NCBI GenBank assembly: GCA_964016885.1
Contig: OZ024743.1
Span: 173,414,001 to 173,478,000, forward strand
Source: Eledone cirrhosa
Lineage: Eukaryota
Length of the DNA stretch: 64,000 bases
Direction of reading: 5' to 3'
The notes beneath the pieces were generated by a model. It saw nothing but the letters and a program-made list of their open reading frames with translations. It ran no database searches and had not been told where the DNA came from. This document shows, piece by piece, positions 60,084-64,000 of the stretch. The position numbers and the translations under genes were made by a program. Position 1 is the first letter of the stretch. The number at the start of each line of letters is the position of its first letter.

Positions 60084-61118
60084 CATGTGTATATATATAT
60101 ATACACACACATATTCTACTAAAACAGTTTCATTATGCCTATTAAAGATCTTTCGTATTTCTTTTGTAGTTCTTTGTGCTTAGTATGATTCTGATGATGG
60201 AATCATGAATTGTTCAAACAGTGCTGTTCCAAACTAAGCATAAAGAAGTAATAAGAGAATATGGAAAAATCATCAATGAAATTTACCAAATGGAGCCCAG
60301 TCATGTTTTAAATATTACACGTTTGAAAGAAATGCTGTTCCCTACTTATATTGGTGAAATAAGCAAAATATACAAAAAAAAACCAACATATTTTTAGATA
60401 TTCTGAAACAACAAATATTTTACATTGTTCTTATATATTTTTTGTGTTTTTGTTTTATTCGAGGTACCATCCATGGTTTTTATTAACAAAATGTATTGTA
60501 TAATGCTGAAATAATGTATTGTGTGGATGTTTGGAGGATGGGTGTCTGCTAAGTATAACATAAATTGCACGAATTAAAGCACATTCTCATAAACCACTCC
60601 AAACACTAAAAAAAAAGCTTGTTATTTCTAATGTTGCCCCAAATGTATAAGGCATTTTATACACTTATTAAAATAAAAGAAAAAAATATGTCGACTTTTG
60701 ATGTAATTTGTGTTTTTCATCTTGGATTCATATCACTTATTTCTTTAATGGCTTGGGTGTTTTCTTCTTTGGTGTTGTATGAACTAGACTTCCGAATGTG
60801 TGGAATACGTAGGGTTTAGGATCAAGGGATAGTGGGAGGAGGTGGAGTATGGCCTATTGTGTAGGGGATTCGTAGTCGCTGCAGATAATAATAATAATAA
60901 TAATAAATAATAATAATAATGAAATTATTGTGTAAAGTGCTCAGGTGCACCACAACTCGTCAATATAGTACATAGAATAGCTTATGCTTTATTATATAGG
61001 AACTATGTAATATGACAACTATCCCATTTTGTGGCTGATACTGCCTGGTTCCATATGCCAAGTTTGGGAAGATGGGTGGTCTGTGTTTATTTGCCAGATT
61101 TAGAGAGTGAGTACCAGA

Positions 61119-64000
61119 AGACGTGACAGAGTGTCTGTTGTAAACACTAAATCCCTCCCCCATGAAGAATGCACCTCCCAACATAGCCTCATAGTCAGGA
61201 CGAGACGTACTCAACAACAGAGAAGAATATGGAAGTTAAAGGACCCCACGGCCAGTAACAAATTTAAAAGCATATTGATGCTTTTGACAGTAAGGAAGAG
61301 CAATTAGAGTCGTACAATATAGAGGAACAGTGGGAATTCCTGAAAGTTAACCTGCTGAAGGCGACAGATGAAATCTGTGGCTGGAGCAGACCTATAGCCA
61401 GGAGGAGAGTAACTTGGTGGTGGAGGAGTCAATCAAGGCCAAAAAGCAGGCTTGGAAAGCAGGGCAGGATGGGGGAAGTAGAGAAGACTGAAGTGGCCAG
61501 GAGGGAAGCTAGGAGACAAGTGTACTTTGCAAGAAGGGAAGCAGAGGAAAGAAAGTTCAAGCATGTTCTACAATGTGAAGACCAAAAACGTGAGGTGTTC
61601 AGGATTGCTAGGCAATGTGTCAAGGAAAACCATGATATTGTCGGGGAGAAGTGTGTCCGTAATGAGGATGGTGTACTTGCCATCACTGACGCTGATAAGA
61701 AGGTAGCTTGGAAGTGTCACTACAAGAGGCTACTAAATGAGGAGAATAAATGGGACAAAGATAGTCTTCCCCACATCAATCCAATAGAGGGACCAGCAGT
61801 GCAAGTTGAAGGTAGTACAATAAGTAAGGCAATCAAAGATATGAAGACAGGCAAGGCAGCTGCACCTTCGGAGATAATTGCTGAAATGCTGAAAGCATCT
61901 GGAACGGTGGGACACACTATGGTCACCCGGATAGTAAACCAAGTCATACAGAATGGGGTCATACCAAATGACTGGCGTAACAGCATCATTAACTGCTACA
62001 AAGGTAAAGGAGGTGCACTAGATAGAGGAAACTATAGAGGCATTAAATTAATTGACCAGGTCATGAAGGTCACAAAGAGTTATAGCACAACTAATCAGAG
62101 AGCAAATTGATCTAGACGAAATGCAATTTGTGTTTGTGTCAGGTAAAAGTACCACAGACGCCCTTTTGCTTGTACAACAACTACAGGAGAAGTACCTAGC
62201 TAAGAGTAAACCCCTATACTTAGCTTTTGTTGACTTGGAGAAAGCATTTGACAGAGTCCCCCGTGCCATTATCTGGTGGGCTCTTAGAAAACTAGGGGTT
62301 GATGAATGGCTTGTGAGAGCTATACAAGCCATGTATAAAGAAACAGTCAGCAAGGTTAGAATTAACAACGAATATAGTGAAGAATTTAGCGTAAAAGTAG
62401 GTGTTCATCAGGGCTCTGTCTTTAGCCCCCTCCTATTTATTATTGCCCTTCAAGCTATAACAGGAGTTCAAGACCGGCTGCCCATGGGAACTTCTCTATG
62501 CAGATGATCTAACGCTCATAGCTGAATCGATGGCTGAACTAGAGAAGAAATTCCAAACATGGAAGCATGGCCTACAATCAAAAGGCCTTAAAGTTAACCT
62601 GTCTAAGACTAAAGTTCTAGTATGTAGGAAGGAAAATAGGGCACAGGTCCCCTCTGGGAAATGGCCATGCTCAGTGTGTAGGAAAGGAGTAGGTAGAAAT
62701 TCCATTTTATATCCCAAATGCAAAGTATGGGTGCATAAAAGATGTAGTGGGATCACAGGTAAGCTATCTAAGAACGTAGATTTAATATGTGGCCGGTGCT
62801 CAGGTGCAATAAATAGCAAGCGCCCACATGATACTAGCTCTTTCTACTGCCCAGATGGCTCCATAGAAATAGTGGACAGCTTCTGTTACCTGGGTGACAA
62901 AATCAGCAGTGGTGGAGTGTGCTCAGAAAGTACAGTAGCCAGAGTCAGAACGGTATGGAAAAAGTTCAGAGAGCTTATACCACTATTGGCCACTAAAGGT
63001 TTCTGTCTATAAATGAAAGGCAGACTGTATGATGCCTACATACGAACAGCTATGTTACATGGCATTGTGTGCAGAGGAACGAAGCATGCATGCTCCGCTG
63101 AATGTGTAATAGTAATATATGTGAACAGCAAAGCATAAATGAACTAAGTGAGAAATTAGGTATAAGAGGGATCATATGTTGTTTACTTGAGAGAAGACTA
63201 CGTTGGCATGGTCACATGATGCGCATGAAAGACGACAGCTGTATAAAAAAGTGCAGTGCGATCAAAATTGAAGGAAGTTATGGAGTAGACAGACCCAGAA
63301 AAACCTGGGACGATTTGATAAATTCTGACCTTACACACTTACACCTCTAAGACAATGTCACTGGACCGAGATCTTTGGTGCTACACAGTAATACAGAAAA
63401 CCCGCCTTGCGTAAGTACAAAGGGAAACCTACAGTCAGTAGGCACCTCTTAATCAAATATACACACTACACCACCCCCGCCCCCATCAATACCACCCCTT
63501 TCTCTGTAAAGTTATGTTGGTACCACAACATCCAGTCCTAAATAAATGAGGTCATGTAGGTGTCACGACAAAAACCACAGTCCATGCTGTAATGTGGCCT
63601 TGTAGGTAACACGGTAAAAACCTCCCAGTCCACACTGTAAAGGCATCAAGTGAACACTGTAAATTCTTCAAGTATGTGTCACAAAAGATAACACCCAGTC
63701 CTCTCTGTAAAGTAGTCATGTAGGTGTCGCGGCAAAATGCACACATTCCACATTGTAAAGTGGTTAAGTAGGTGTCACAACAAAAAGCACACTATCAACA
63801 CTATTAAGTGGTCATGTAGGTGTCACAAAACAAGCACCCAGTCAACACTATAAATTGGTCATATAGATGTCACAACAAAATGTACCCAGTCAAAATTCTA
63901 AAGTGGTCATGTATGTCACCACAAAAAGCACACAATGAATACTGTAAAGTGGTTATGTAGGCGTCACAAGAAAGCACCCAGTAAACACTGTAAAGTGGTC
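61119..64000 (+). mobile_element. RTE LINE family A, long decayed copy running off the window
   Basis: ORFs 61469-62110, 62121-62507, 62530-63012 and 63102-63350 with RT and PHD-like motifs. Confidence 0.93.
63540..64000 (+). repeat. ~41-bp minisatellite in the RTE family A 3' UTR
   Basis: Units like ACACTGTAAAGTGGTCATGTAGGTGTCACAACAAAAAGCACCCAGTC, about 11 copies. Confidence 0.85.

Noticed and set aside
60121-61118. Unique-looking segment with CTGATGA at 60191, followed by a (TAA)n-ended fragment
   Set aside because: No matching GAAA/stems or recognisable ORF; possibly UTR/intergenic DNA plus an unclassified LINE end.
63540-64000. Regularly spaced repeats resembling CRISPR
   Set aside because: Degenerate tandem units with no unique spacers, inside a LINE 3' UTR; eukaryotic context with no cas genes.

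Overview
Eukaryotic, very AT-rich, repeat-saturated DNA. A cephalopod such as Octopus is my inference from the SINE/RTE repertoire and the huge (TA)n tracts. The only host coding sequence I can support is the terminal exon of a GIPC-family PDZ adaptor gene (45894-46078, +). I found no upstream exon, so 1-45893 is probably one large intron. The rest is (TA)n microsatellite with nested insertions: at least five RTE-clade LINE families, two tRNA-derived SINE families, Helitron/Helentron remnants and many Penelope-like element (PLE) pieces with GIY-YIG endonuclease. The most notable signal is a dense set of minimal type I hammerhead ribozymes (about a dozen recognisable, plus remnants), often next to AATAAA, inside fold-back PLE insertions with arms of about 60 bp to 1.2 kb. 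Several fold-back junctions fall at or near the predicted self-cleavage site, and a conserved ACTC...GAGTGCT hairpin recurs in the tails. Most long ORFs in the track (YI repeats) are microsatellite artefacts. All alignments and folds were done by eye.
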